DNA of 64,000 bases from Iphione sp. A-MEVVRFRX5 (lineage: Eukaryota), in contig OZ320318.1 in NCBI GenBank assembly GCA_976226885.1, forward strand, positions 75,950,001 through 76,014,000, in the 5' to 3' direction. The notes under the pieces were generated by a model. That model did not search any database and had not been told where the DNA came from. It was given only the letters and a program-made list of their open reading frames with translations. The first letter of the stretch is position 1, and each line of letters begins with the position of its first letter. A program made the position numbers and the translations under genes. Of the stretch, positions 47,601 to 60,000 are shown piece after piece.

Positions 47601-50600
47601 AAAAGGACGGGCGACGCAACAGAGAAACACACACACTCATACACGCTTTGCTATTTTTCTAAAATTAAGGGGGAAAAACGTGTAAAATTATTCACGAAAG
47701 AAATCAGAATACAAATGTCAATAAGGAAAACGTTATCAAGCCTGCCAAATTGTATCATTCTCTATTCAGCACTGATCAATGATCAATGTCCATAAGCGCT
47801 ATGTTAAAAAGGTCTTAGCCATTTTAAGCAAATTTCCAAATTGCATGAAGCATAACAGGTACACCTATTTGCAAATTGAAAACTGAAAAAAAAACAAAGA
47901 AAACAAAACAACAGCTGAGACCATTTCAACCTTTCTCATTTACACACATTCCAATTACTTTCGAAAAAGCAGAGATGTGTATGAAGAGAACAAATCCAGT
48001 ACATACAGCAACCTTTTCTTTCTCTTCCTCCTTCTTGGGCGGCGGCGGCGGGGTGGGTTCTGTTCGCTTCTCCTCCTTGGGCGGTACTGGGGCGGCGGGC
48101 GCCGGCAGCGACCGTTTCAACCTCTCCTCGCGTTTACGGGCGAGCTTCGAGTCGGGCAGAGGTCTGAACTCAATATCACACCGGGAACAACTGTTGTAGC
48201 CACGATAAATGTGGCGGTAGAAACTGTCAAGTAATAAAAACAAGAGAGAAGAGGAGTTTAAACTTGGGAGCCAACACAGTGAGAAGATATCATTGACAGG
48301 GTGGTCCATATGCCATGTACTACACATATATATTTAAGAGGCATCTCTGTATTTCAACCTTTACAGACGAGGTGTCACTTTAGGCCGTATATGCTAGAAA
48401 GAGCTGACTCCAAGATATATGTATAAAAAAAGAAAAAATGGTGATCTATCCAAGCATTCTATCCATCCATCCAACCATCTATCCGTCTATCTACCTAGTG
48501 ATGAAGAGACCGTCAATCGAGCTACTCACATTGCAGTCTTACTAGTATGGCACTGTTCGTTGATGATCCTGGACTCTGGGCTCGGACTTCGTCGCTCTGG
48601 CTCCGGACTGGACACGGGCGACCGCGACCGCGATCTCGATCGCGACAACAGCGGCGACCGCGACCGCGGTCGGGCGGGCGACTGGGGCTTTGCCGGGGGC
48701 GACTTGGGTCGAGAGTTGGGCCGCGAGTTGGGCCGGGAGGGCGGTGAGCGACAGCGCTGCGGCGTAGGCGGTCGCTCTTGCTTGATTTGTACCTGGGACG
48801 CCGACGTGGGCGGGAGGTGGTTTGGGGGCAGGTGTGGCGAGTGGGCGAGTGGATGGGAGAGGTGTGGAGGGCCCAGGTGGGCCGGGTGGAAGGGATGGGC
48901 GGCGAGTGGGTGAGGAGGCAGCGGCTGGTGTGGGTGGTGTGGGTGATGGGAGGGCAGCAGGGGCTGCTGGTGGTGTTGTGACAAGAGGGGTGGCGGTGGG
49001 GACAGGGTTGGGCGGTGGGGAGGCGGCGGTTTGTGGGCGCTGGTCCCGTGCTCGGGACCATCGGTGATCACCTCTTGTTTGATGGAGGTGAGAGGAGGGG
49101 CAGGGGGCGGGGTGTGGTGAGAGGGGGTACAGTGAGGAGGTAAGGGAGGGATGGACTGAGGGGTGGAGACATGAGGGGAGGGACCCTTCACAAGGCCGCC
49201 CACGCCTTGGAGGGGAGGAGGTGGTGGGAGGGGCGTGGTGAGAGGGTGGAGGTGCGGGGGCAGCCCAGAGCTGGGCCGCTCCACCTCACGAGGCCGATCC
49301 GACGAAACCACCGTAGACGATGTGACGGGAGACCCGGGTTTGGGCTGAATCACTACAGCCGGGTTGCTGCTCCGTATAGCTTGGGGTCCTGCTACTTGCT
49401 CGAGCTGTTGGGAATGCTGATGTTGCTGTTGCTGTTGCTGCTGCTGCTGCTGCTGTTTCTCCGCGGCCTCTCGCTGCCGGTCGATCTCCCTCTGTCTCTG
49501 TTCCAGTTCTCGATGCTGCCGCTCGAACTCGCGGTGTCGCTCGATCTCGATGCGGTGCCGCTCGAACTGCTGGTTGGTATAATCTCGTTGTTGTCTCTCC
49601 CTCTCCTTCTCGAGCTCAGACACTACTCTTTGGCGCTCCAAGCTGTACAGCTGCTCAGTCTCCTTCTGCTCCTGCTGCTGTCGTGCTTCTTGCTGTTGTT
49701 GCTGTTGCTGCCTGAGTTCTTGCTGTTGGCGGGCGGCCTCCTGCTGCTGCTGTTGCAGGCTCTCTTGTTGCTGCTGCTGCTGCTGTTGTTGCTGTCGTAC
49801 TTCCTGTTGCTGCCTCTCAATCTGCTGCCGTTCCAACTCGCGTCGCTCGAGTTGCTGTCGCTCTAGTTGCTGCCGCTCGAGTTCGTGTTGGCGTTCCAAC
49901 TCCCGCTGTCGCTCCAACCTCTCGCGGTCTACGCTTGGCACATGCAGCACAGGCGTGGGTGAAGCTCGTGCAGGTGGCGTGCCGGTCGCGCTACGGGATG
50001 GCGGTACGGCCACGGATAACTGTCCTACAGGGGCGGCCGACAGAACCGGGGTGGCCTGACTCACTACGGGGGCTACAGCCACCAGATGAGGGGCCAATGT
50101 GTCTGCCCTGTCCTCCAACTGGTGGAGGGCATGTGGGGGCGCTGCCGGTAGAGGGGGCACCTTGCTGAAGTCCGACCCGTCCGAGGTAGCACTTCCTACG
50201 GGGGCGGCGGCGGCGGCTGCTACGGCGGCGGCTGCTGCTGCTGCTGCTGCGGCGGCTGCTGGCGGAGGTACAGGGCTGGGCGCTGTCGATCCACCGCTCG
50301 AGCTTATATCATCCTGTAGAATGCCAAACTAAAAGCCATTGAGAGGCTCAGTATTAGTGGTGTGAGAGGAACGTGCTCAACAAGCAGCGCGTCCACTGGA
50401 GTATATTACAGAGGAGCAGCAGCAGCAGCGACAGGAGCAGCTCAGAGGGTAGGCAAGCAATCAAACCACAAGTCAACCCAGGCGGTCAATGTGAGGTCTG
50501 CTTTTAGTATCTACAGCCATTGAAACGAACACTATGAATCCAATCGAGTAATGGACAGGTAAGGTAGCGACTATTTGTTTTAAAATAAGCGGGATTTCTG

Positions 50601-53600
50601 TAAGAGCGATTTTTTTTTTTTTTTTTTGGGGGGGGGGGATAAAGTTGACAACCCACATTCCTTAGATATGAGATGCTCATAAAGTTATGCTTAGCAAATA
50701 TCTGTCCTGATTGATCACTTCCACACTGGTTGTTAAAAGAGTTAGAAACCATTCGCAATGAAAAACACCAGTAAAGTAGAAGTTAAAGCCTGGAGTTTTC
50801 TTTTTAAACGCTCTAACTCTATGCTGCGGCTGGTGGAAGCATTGCATTATGCATATAAGAGAATAGAAAGACCACCGGATGAAACGCTCGTTCACACCAT
50901 TGACACAAGACGTTAGAATATTACGAGGGTTTTAGAGGAGGTAGTTATTTTGGCATCAAAGTCACTCTCCGTACTTGCTTCCGCCTCCCTCACCAAACTG
51001 ATGTCTCGTTAGTCAAACTTGCTGTGATCAACTCCTTCGATCTGGTGATACCCATCTATTTCGTACAGTATATCATTCATAAGTTCATAAGTTACCATCT
51101 TCACATGCACCAATCACTTTAATCTTAACCCCCCCGCCCCGGTCATTTTAAAGACAAGTCGCACTAACGAGACATCAGCCGCCCCCTAGTGATTGGGGGT
51201 ACAACCCTCCCTAAGCCCCCTGGCGGCGGGAGTGCCAGGCGCGCACCTGATTGTTCTCGATGTCGCCTTCGTTGCCGTTCTCGTCGTTGTCGTGGTCGTT
51301 ATCGTTACCACACACACTGCTGCTGTCCGTCGACGACTCGGCAGGGCTCTCGGGCCTCTCCTGTAAACAAACAACGAATCAATTCAGGATGGGAATACTT
51401 TACGCTTTCATATTGCAGCAATTCCTCGTAAAGGAAGAGATGCGGTTCAACACCGGACAAGATCGTTATTAGGCTGTGAATGATCCTATCTTTAAGATGT
51501 TAAAAGTGGTTTACCAACATTTACTAACAGGCAAGGATATCCAGCTACGTCTACGTGTACATTATACGGAATCTCCCGTGCTCAGGAGCAATACATGCGA
51601 GCAAACAAGAGTTGTGGAAGCTCGAAGGATGTGAAGGCAGTGTATAATACTGTAAGAGGGGATGTGGTGGCGGGTGGTGGCAGTGGTAGTAGGACGAGTG
51701 AGCAGTCACGACTGAAACATGCTCCATCATTGGGACGTATGGACGGCCACTGGGTAGAGCGGGAGCGGGGGGAGGGCACATGTCGACAGGAGATTAGCAG
51801 CGATAAGTGGAACGAATTGGTGAAGGAAATGAAGGCAAAGTGCGAGAGAAAGAGTGGCGAATATGAANNNNNNNNNNNNNNNNNNNNNNNNNNNNNNNNN
51901 NNNNNNNNNNNNNNNNNNNNNNNNNNNNNNNNNNNNNNNNNNNNNNNNNNNNNNNNNNNNNNNNNNNNNNNNNNNNNNNNNNNNNNNNNNNNNNNNNNNN
52001 NNNNNNNNNNNNNNNNNNNNNNNATACAGAATTGTCAACACAGCACGCGTGCACCTACATATTTATGACGTTGCAGCAACTTACGAAAATAGGAGAGGAA
52101 AGAAAAATAATACATGTATATAACTATGAGAACTGTCGCACGACTACGATTGTACATGTTCTGCCCCTGGTGTGCTGTCTTCTCCACGGGGATTTTTGTC
52201 ACAAAAAAAGAAAAAAAAACAAGAAGAGGCAGCTGCTTCTTACAAACAGCCGCGGCCCACGCCTTGCGGGGCTCCATGGGCGTGACTTGCGGCTACCAGG
52301 CCGCTCTCCGCGCCCGCTCTTCATCCACCAATTTGCATGCGGCCCGATGGCTGACGAACACCCGCCTAATCCGTCCTGTCACACGGGTGCTCACGCCTTA
52401 CGGATCAGCCGCTGCTGCTGTTCCGTCCGGCGGCACACTCCCTCCCCACCAGCCCAAGTCTCAAGCTGCTCCCCACCGCTCGGGCAGATTCTAGATCGCG
52501 ACAGGTTCCCCCCCATTGGTGCGGCGGAAATTAGGTCTCGCCGCGCCATTTCCGCGGCCGGCGCCGCCTGATTCGCTGAGAATAATCGCGCGATAAAGGG
52601 TTAATCGACGTTTGTTGGCGCAAGTCGTCGCACGATAGAGCTTTACCGCCTAAAGCGGCTACAGTGACCGCCGACGATGCGGGGAGCGGGGGGGGGGGAC
52701 TAAACGACACATTCTGCTCTCAAGGCTGTGGAGGGAGGGCTGACGGGAGGTAGAGAATCGTCGANNNNNNNNNNNNNNNNNNNNNNNNNNNNNNNNNNNN
52801 NNNNNNNNNNNNNNNNNNNNNNNNNNNNNNNNNNNNNNNNNNNNNNNNNNNNNNNNNNNNNNNNNNNNNNNNNNNNNNNNNNNNNNNNNNNNNNNNNNNN
52901 NNNNNNNNNNNNNNNNNNNNNNNNNNNNNNNNNNNNNNNNNNNNNNNNNNNNNNNNNNNNNNNTATTTGAATTTGGAATAATACATATATGAATTTATAT
53001 ACATATAAATTCATTCGTAATGGGCGTCTTTTCATTCTGTGTGTGAGCGGATTTCAAAACCCCGGCTGAATGCAGATGTATACATGTACATGTATACCTG
53101 CAGGCACGCGGGACGGTCGCCCGTATTCAGCAGACGTCTTAGTGCTGCCACAGACGCTCCCCTCCCCCTTCCCCCCTTCTGCCTTTCTTGCGGGGCGCCA
53201 GTGGAATATTGATTCAGGGCATTTACCAATTATTGCGTGGCACTGACACGTGTCACGGGCACTTCTCGGTGCCATTGTGTAGTGGGACATGCATGTTGTG
53301 AGCTCGCCGTTCGTGTTTGGCCTAGCGGGGTGCGCATTGGTTTGCGTGCGCACGACACGCGCGCCGCGGTGCGGCCGGCGCGTGCGCGAGGCTGGAGATT
53401 TCAATTGCCTGTGCTGAAAAAACCCGACCCTCTCAGACATAAAAAAAAAAGACACAAAGAAAAGGAGTAAAAATAAAAACGAAAAAAAGAACCAAACCCG
53501 CCAAGCATCGGCTACAATCAGCATTGAAAGGTGGCTTCACGAGTGACTCATGTGGAGATGGGAGCAGACTGATATGACCCCTCTGTTCGCTTCAATTATC

Positions 53601-56600
53601 CCCCAATGATCCCGGCTGTGGATTACAAAGGACAAAGCCACTGGGAATCATATCTCACGCCGCATCAGGCGTGCTTGTCGCTCCTGCTCCGGTAATAACC
53701 ATTAACCTACTTGGCGTCCGTACGTACCTGTGCTTTCTTTCTCTTGTGTTCCTCAGATTCGCTGTCGAGTGCACGCTTCTTCCCCTTGCAAGGACTTTCC
53801 TTGGTCTGCTGAAAGAAAGGGAGCCGTTAAAAAACAAACTCACACACATATTATTAGAGCGTGCGTGCGTGCATGTGCATATATACATGTTCATGGATAA
53901 TGGAACGTCCCCCTTCAGGACAAACCCAAAATCAGGCCAGAGAAAAATTGGAACAGAGCAGAAGTTTGGGTCGGCTATACATCAGGACAAATGAACAAAG
54001 ACTTTGTGGTGTTCTCGTTTTTGATAGTCCCGTGAATACAGATGAAATGGGCTGCCTTTCGGTTGAAGAACAAATTAACTGAGTCTATTTGTGAACTTAA
54101 TTTCGTCTGATGAAGATGAAATGTCTGCCACTTCATATCCTTCAATATTTTTTTCAACACGTGGGACAATATCAAGGCTAAGTTGTCTTTGGTAATCAGC
54201 TTAATCCTTGTTCAAGTAGAAATGACCTCAATGCGTCTGAATACAGCCCAACGCCACACTTCTGACTGGCAATGAAGTGGACAGTGACCGCAATGTAGGA
54301 GACTAAGAAACAGATGTGAATTATGAATTTTCATAGTTACATTTTACCACTGTATGGACATAACCCCTCAAAAAAATGAAGCCTCTTTGAAGCATGTACA
54401 TGTACATAACCATAACAAGACGACCAGACAGCAGGACACTTTGAAGTTGCTATAGTGTAATTCTTAGTAGTAATCAAATGTGATTTTTCGTTAATTGAAC
54501 TGGCTAAAAAATACGCGCACATGACCAGAAGTAAGGCTGGTTTCAGGCGGTGCCAAGACTGCGTGACTTTCTCCTGTGGTTACAATGGTTACATGCGGCT
54601 AGCGCTCTGACCTTGGGCTTCTTCTTGTCCTTGTCGGTGCTCGAGTTACTACACGTGCTGACCGTGCTCGGTGACTTTCGTCCGGCGATGTCCTTGGAGC
54701 TGGTCGAGCTGTTGGTCGGACTGTCCACGTTGTCGGGGCTACTGGCTGCTTGGCGGTCCTTCTTCACGCGGTTTTTACTTGATCCCTGAACGTAACGAGT
54801 ATAAAATGCATTTTTAAGTCCACACATAGTTCTTTTAGTGAGGTTAAATGTATCATTCGTATAGGACACGCGAACAGGACGTTCAGAGTTGAAGGGCATA
54901 AGAAAAGCTTTTCTTGATTCAGCGGAATACCCGCACCCCTTCCCCAAACACACAAACACTTATTTAAGAACTGACAAGGACCTATGAAGTCTACTGTGCC
55001 CGACATGGTGCTCAATCAAGTGGACCTAATTGTTCCTGCTTGGGTGTGCATGTATGCCTCTTAACATTTTCTCTTCCACGAATGAAAATACTTTTCTCCG
55101 TAGCCAGTAGCCTACATCCATATAACAGAATGTCTTACGAAATCATCGGAATTATATGAAATTAAGTCGGCAGAAAGTGACCAAATTGAAGAAAATTATA
55201 TTATAGAAATCATTTATCATGACTAAATAGTTTGGGAGGAGAGGATTGTGACAGAAGGTTGGATTGTCGGACAGCAGCATTCCTAGGTCTCCTCCTCTCT
55301 ATGAGGAGTGGTAAAAAAAAACAGCAACAAAAACAAGAACAGGGCGTTGGTGCCCTATAGTCCCCCTGCCATTTGACCAAGCTTCTTCTGCTCAATTTTG
55401 CCTCAGTGCGCATACTATGCCTAGCTACAGCTGTCACAGACTGGTGCAGGAACACAGACCTCTCTCAGTATATCGAAACATGTATTTGACCTTTAAATTA
55501 CTTGCAATGAGATGCAAATAAACCAACAACAAATGTCCGTATATGAGGGTATCATATTCAGAAACTCATTTGAAACAATACTGTCGCAGTTATAAGAAAC
55601 CCAAAATTGTGATGGGGGGGAGGAGGGGGCAGACAAAGTCATGGCCATAATGTAGAGGTTATTCTTAACAACTCTATTCTGCTATAATTTGTGATTTTTT
55701 TTGTTAACATGAAACATTTAGATACAACGTTGTTTGGTCTGTCGATGAACACATACTATGAGTAGTGGGTAACCAGGTGAAGGGGGTAATTTCAAAATAC
55801 ACGCCGGCCTCAAAGAAACAATTCCCATACGTTAGATTGTTCACGCAGTGGTTTTATGCACTGTCCTGGCCGATACCAACACAGGCCGATGCAAAAATGT
55901 GTATGGAACGGTCTCTTTTTGGCGAGATTGATTCCGGTAAGCAGCCACGCGTGCAGCAATCCGACATTTAAGTAGTCTGCTGTTTGATCATAACGTCGGC
56001 GATGTCTTCAGGGGCTGAGGACACTTGTTTTATAGTCAGCAGTGCGTCTTGCTTGACCACCATGACCCAATCGTCCTAGCCTATAGCATCACGCATTATT
56101 TACAGTATAGGCGAGCGCCAGACGAACTAACTCCGCCGCTCCTCACCAGATGGCATTGGTATCGCACCTCCGCGCTGACCCAAGGCACCAGCGGCGCGTG
56201 ACGTTTCCATGGCAACCGTCAGGGGGAGGTCGACGAGACGCCACTCTCGATGCGTCTCAGACATCAAACACAGCGTTACCATGACGACGGATTACTCCCA
56301 ACTTGTCGTCAAGGTTCCGTCAAGGTCGATACAAAATTCGCCTTTTCTTTCCTTTCCATCTCCCTTTTCAAGCGCAGCACTGGCTTTATGGTGGAAACGA
56401 CAGGAGAATCGATCTGTTCCGCTTTATGGGCGCGACGAAAAGGTCTCCCGCCCAGAGCAGAAAACCGATCGTCAGCCAGAAAACCGTTTTGTATTCAATA
56501 ACAGCGATGCGTCTTTGATATTCGCGTGAATTCTTTCAACGGCGTTGGCATGCGTGCGTGCGTACGTACGTACGTGCGTTATGTGTTTAACGTAAACACG

Positions 56601-56611
56601 CTACGTGACGC

Positions 56612-56678
<67 letters not shown>

Positions 56679-57094
56679 CGTGCGTACGTTTGTATCGACG
56701 TGCCCTGCTTATGTATGGTGAATGCCAGCTTACCTTTGGAGTATATTTTATTAATGACGACCCCTAATAAAGAATGTCATCTCGAAATATGGTGCCCTCC
56801 TTGACAAGACTCCTCCTATCCAGACCGACACGTTAAATGTCGGGCGTTGTAGGTGGTGGTGGGTAGAGATATGTGCGCTGGTTTGGCTGGAACTTACCTG
56901 TTCCTTACTTCGGCGTGTGCGCATATTGTGCTTGCCGTTGAGAGAATCGTCCTCGCGGACCGGCTTGAACATGAAGGGCGGCGGCTCGCGTTTGTTGTCT
57001 ACCGGCCGCAGCTCGCCGTACTTCTTGAAGAAGACGCGACATTCCGTACACAGCAGCGCCTTGTCCTTGCCCGCATGGTGCCAGTCCTTCGAGG
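35566..57094 (-). CDS. RERE: Atrophin/RERE (arginine-glutamic acid dipeptide repeats protein) orthologue, 5'-partial; complement join(57094-56898,54785-54612,53808-53728,51360-51247,50313-48530,48223-48013/48007,43306-43111,40951-40840,40447-40320,39985-39791,38554-38105,[38000-37800],36371-36184,35655-35566)
   Basis: GT-AG exons form a continuous frame. RERE/atrophin hallmarks are present: [115 protein letters not shown]. Confidence 0.95.
36184..36371 (-). CDS. RERE: RERE exon (ADPLAAAA...[24 protein letters not shown])
   Basis: CTTCCAG|GA ... GTG|GTAAGT. Confidence 0.9.
37800..38000 (-). CDS. RERE: Candidate in-frame RERE cassette exon (ALQAHHPP...[14 protein letters not shown]...YHFS)
   Basis: TTTGTTGTTGCAG|AT ... 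C|GTAAGT; 201 nt, phase 1/1, no stops. Confidence 0.6.
38105..38554 (-). CDS. RERE: RERE exon (LVPPGPHF...DPMLRLQM...HSHTHLHLH...poly-Pro)
   Basis: CTCTTTCAG|GC ... G|GTAAGC. Confidence 0.92.
39791..39985 (-). CDS. RERE: RERE exon ([17 protein letters not shown]...[10 protein letters not shown])
   Basis: ACGCAG|GA ... G|GTAAGC. Confidence 0.9.
40320..40447 (-). CDS. RERE: RERE exon ([25 protein letters not shown]...MKPP)
   Basis: CCATTAG|A ... G|GTGAGA. Confidence 0.92.
40840..40951 (-). CDS. RERE: RERE exon (QGGQDPARS...[18 protein letters not shown])
   Basis: CACCAG|GT ... CG|GTACGT. Confidence 0.9.
43111..43306 (-). CDS. RERE: RERE exon (KRPETPP...[16 protein letters not shown])
   Basis: CACCACAG|AAG ... 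G|GTACGT. Confidence 0.92.
43838..43852 (-). promoter_or_regulatory. CTCF-like motif
   Basis: GCCACCAGGGGGAGC, one mismatch from GCCACCAGGGGGCGC. Confidence 0.35.
44370..45260. promoter_or_regulatory. CpG-rich promoter-like island in a RERE intron
   Basis: GC boxes (CCCGCCCC), CCGGAAGATGGCG (ETS+YY1) at 44456, three CCAAT boxes at 45108-45145, and CGTCA half-sites. Confidence 0.4.
45470..46115. repeat. 61-bp minisatellite, ~10 units, with higher-order ABC-ABC-BC pattern
   Basis: Unit starts at 45528, 45589, 45650, 45711, 45772, 45833, 45894 and 45955. Confidence 0.92.
48007..48223 (-). CDS. RERE: RERE exon ([16 protein letters not shown]...KEEEKEK[VA])
   Basis: TTGACAG|T; two in-frame candidate donors (exon end 48013 or 48007). 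Confidence 0.92.
48530..50313 (-). CDS. RERE: RERE large exon (poly-Ala, RE/Q-rich coiled coil, poly-Q, Pro/His-rich, RS-rich, to HTSKTA)
   Basis: TCTACAG|GAT ... AT|GTGAGT; 1784 nt open frame. Confidence 0.92.
51247..51360 (-). CDS. RERE: RERE exon ([16 protein letters not shown]...DIENNQ)
   Basis: TTTACAG|GAG ... CAG|GTGCGC. Confidence 0.85.
51868..52023. other. Assembly gap (N run)
   Basis: 156 N. Confidence 1.
52765..52963. other. Assembly gap (N run)
   Basis: 199 N. Confidence 1.
53728..53808 (-). CDS. RERE: RERE exon ([27 protein letters not shown])
   Basis: CTTTCTTTCAG|CAG ... CAG|GTACGT; 81 nt, phase 0/0. Confidence 0.85.
54612..54785 (-). CDS. RERE: RERE exon (GSSKNRVKK...[24 protein letters not shown])
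   Basis: TTCAG|GGA ... AAG|GTCAGA; resembles the GRNSPSAASTSSNDS region. Confidence 0.88.
56203..56216. promoter_or_regulatory. RFX X-box
   Basis: GTTTCCATGGCAAC fits GTTNCCATGGNAAC; it is adjacent to GTGACGT and lies in a CpG-rich patch. Confidence 0.45.
56615..56674. repeat. (TG)n microsatellite, ~30 units
   Basis: Seen directly. Confidence 0.95.
56898..57094 (-). CDS. RERE: RERE exon: second half of the GATA-type Zn finger plus MFKPV
   Basis: CTCGTAG|CC ... CAG|GTAAGT. Confidence 0.95.
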
Positions 57095-60000
57095 CTACGA
57101 GACAAGAGCAGAAGGAGAGCAACATGAGCAGCAGGTTGGGTAGTTTGGTCAGTCCCGTGGCTAATGTGACAGAACAGACTAGGAGAAGAGTGAGAGAGAA
57201 GAAGCAGGAGGAGGAGGAGAGTAAGATGAGTGAGTTGGAAGTGGGTCAGTCTTAATGGTTGGATGTATTTTCTTAAATTATATACACTATGAGACAAGAG
57301 AAGGAAGAGTAGGAGCATATACATGTAGTATGAGACAGCAGAGGGAGAGTAACATGAGCAGGTTGGTGCACTGGGCACACCAATACGAGAGACGAAGTGA
57401 GCAACATTGTACAATGCAACGTAGAATGTCACCCTGTGGACAGACCAGAAATCAGGACAGACCCCAAGGCCAAGAGAAAGCCCCCCGGAACAGAATCGTT
57501 TCCCTCTGGTCAGAAAAAGACCGACGATTGGAAACAGAGCCTAAACGAGGGCAGGTGAGACCAAAACACGTGGCGTCCTGATTTCTGATGTTCCTCTGTA
57601 TACCTAATACATGTACTTATACATATACCTAATGAATACATCTATGCGTGCAAATAAATGCCCAACGGACCGGGACTGTCAGATATTCCTCTTTCCATTC
57701 CGACTTCAGTACAGCCTCCCCCCTTACCCGTAAAAAAAAACAGTGAAGAACCCGAGAAAGCACGCCATAGTGTGCATCGACAGATTGGGACCGCTACCTT
57801 TCAAGTTTCCAATCTACGTGTATACAAATCGAGCAGTTCAGACTTCAAAAGGAGACAAAAACTCGACAGCGTGCGTGTACGTGTAGATCAATAAGGAACC
57901 GGGGTGGGTATCGGAGGTGACAGGCCGACGGGCCCGACTATTATGCGCCTAGATTCGCGCATTAAATTCCTGTGCCCCGGCGCCAGCTGCTTCTGCTCGT
58001 CCCAGAGTAGTAGGTATTCTTCGATGGCGACACGTTCACACATATATATAATAGACAGGGGCTGGTAGAACGTCCAGGAGGCATGATCAACTAATAACAC
58101 CAATCTTCTTCCCGAGTGAATACAGCATACACACTTTAAAGCACTCCTCACTAGATCATAATTATGATTGACGTTTCCTCCGTTGCGCCAAGGGCGGTTT
58201 TTGCCCCCCTTGCCCAAAGATAGACGCAGGTAAGATTACATTTGGTTTCCCTGAGTAATAATGAATGAACCAGTTTGGCCAGGCGCGACTATGCTGGCCA
58301 ATCTGTAAATGATAGCACGGCTCGCAACACTACGTTTTCCTTTATGATGCAGGGGGTTTTTTAGTGTGTGTGCGTGTTTTTCTTTGGGGGAAGGGGGAGC
58401 TCCTTCGTTTTTCTCGCCTTCCGATGTCGTCAAGCTATCAACGTGCCAATTTCTGATCCGTAAAATGACTTGACGGGGTGTTAAGACAGTGGCAATGGTG
58501 ACCAAAAAAAAATTAACGTTTGTAAAACAGGAATTTCTCCATGCCTTTCGATTTCACCCTTTGCATCTCTTCATAATGGCAGGCCCAGGATCGCATGTGG
58601 TGTGCTTTGTTGTTATCCATGTGGACCTGCGTGCTTCCCACTTTGAGGGTGAATGCAACCGAATGCTTGGATTTTATCTTGTTGTACCTTTTACACCGGG
58701 AGCATGCTCTGGCAAGCATGAAACACTAGAAGGGACTGCGAGTGACACAGACTGCCCCACCGACATGTGCTCTATACCACTGAGCCCCACCCACCGTAGT
58801 GGTAGTGTGTGTAGCGGAGTTGGGCACTACAAGCCATCATAGACCACCACCCCTACTAAAGTGTCTTCCAGTCCACTGCGCCAATCGTAGTATAGCAGTG
58901 AGTAGTACAGTTAGCGGCTGTGGGTCACAGACCACACTACCGACATGTCACCTGTTCCACTGAGCCCCATCCGAGTAGCAGGAGGCAGCAGAGTTTAGGG
59001 GCTGTGGGTCTTATCACTGCCTAACCCATTTTCCTTCTTGGGGAGTACAATGATCGATGCTAACCTGGTATAAATGGGGGGGTTATTTTCCTACATTCGT
59101 TGCGTCTTTGTGCTGAGATCACAGCCTCCTTCGATAGGACGACCCTTGCGGTAACTATAGGCGGTTAACATGCATGTTTCCTGCGGCTCTTACAGCACGG
59201 ATGGTCGATAGCGACGGCATGTCGCTCCAACCAGTTACATATACATGAATTCGCCGTTTGTTTTTGTTTTCTGTTGTTGTTAAACTGGCACAACCTGATA
59301 CAAGATCGTGGTTCTGATATACACCGGTAACCGAAACAGCAACAAATTAGTTTACCGTATACATGCGCATGTATTTAATAACTATTACTCGGTATGTGTG
59401 TATGTGTGGGTAAGTAAATGTGCGCCATTTATCCCTTTTGTTCCCGCGATAAAATTTCTATCTCCACTTTGATAATTCAATAATTTTCTGCCAGACAACC
59501 GTCTGCCGATTTAAAAAAAAACTAGTAAGCCTGCGCAAGAAGCAGACTCTATTACAGTTACACTGGTGGGCCTCCACAAAAACGAGACGCAGTGTCAAAA
59601 CACATATGTCTGCCACATTTCAGGCCTTTTCGTTTACTTGTAGCAAACGCTCACTCCTGTCGAAGCCACACGGAGCCCGAGGATAACCGAGTGCAATGTA
59701 CAGGGGTGGGTTCTATTACACGTACAGAAGCGCGCCTAAAAAAATGGAAAAAAAAAGCCCCGCGAGTATGGTGTGATAACACAAATATCCCACACATTTA
59801 AGACCTTTATAACTGGGGAGGGGGGCAGGCAGGAGGTCGGTGTTAAAGAAAGGCACTGCCACTAAAGCCACGAGCGTGCAGCAGCGCGGTTATCATGAAA
59901 ATAACTCGTTGGCATACGAAGAACAAAAAAAGGGGGGAAAAAGGAGCGTGGAAACTGTGGGGTCCATTGTCAGGACACACACAGACCCCACACGTTTCGG

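Noticed and set aside
48522-49866. Overlapping ORFs (231-aa poly-Leu on +, 179-aa alternative frame on -)
   Set aside because: Shadow frames of the repetitive RERE exon.
51595-53035. ORFs spanning N runs
   Set aside because: Artefacts of the assembly gaps.
58885-58915. Minus-strand ANCTTHCYTT as the missing first half of the GATA finger
   Set aside because: The Cys spacing is wrong (CxxxC), no GT donor follows, and there is no suitable acceptor.
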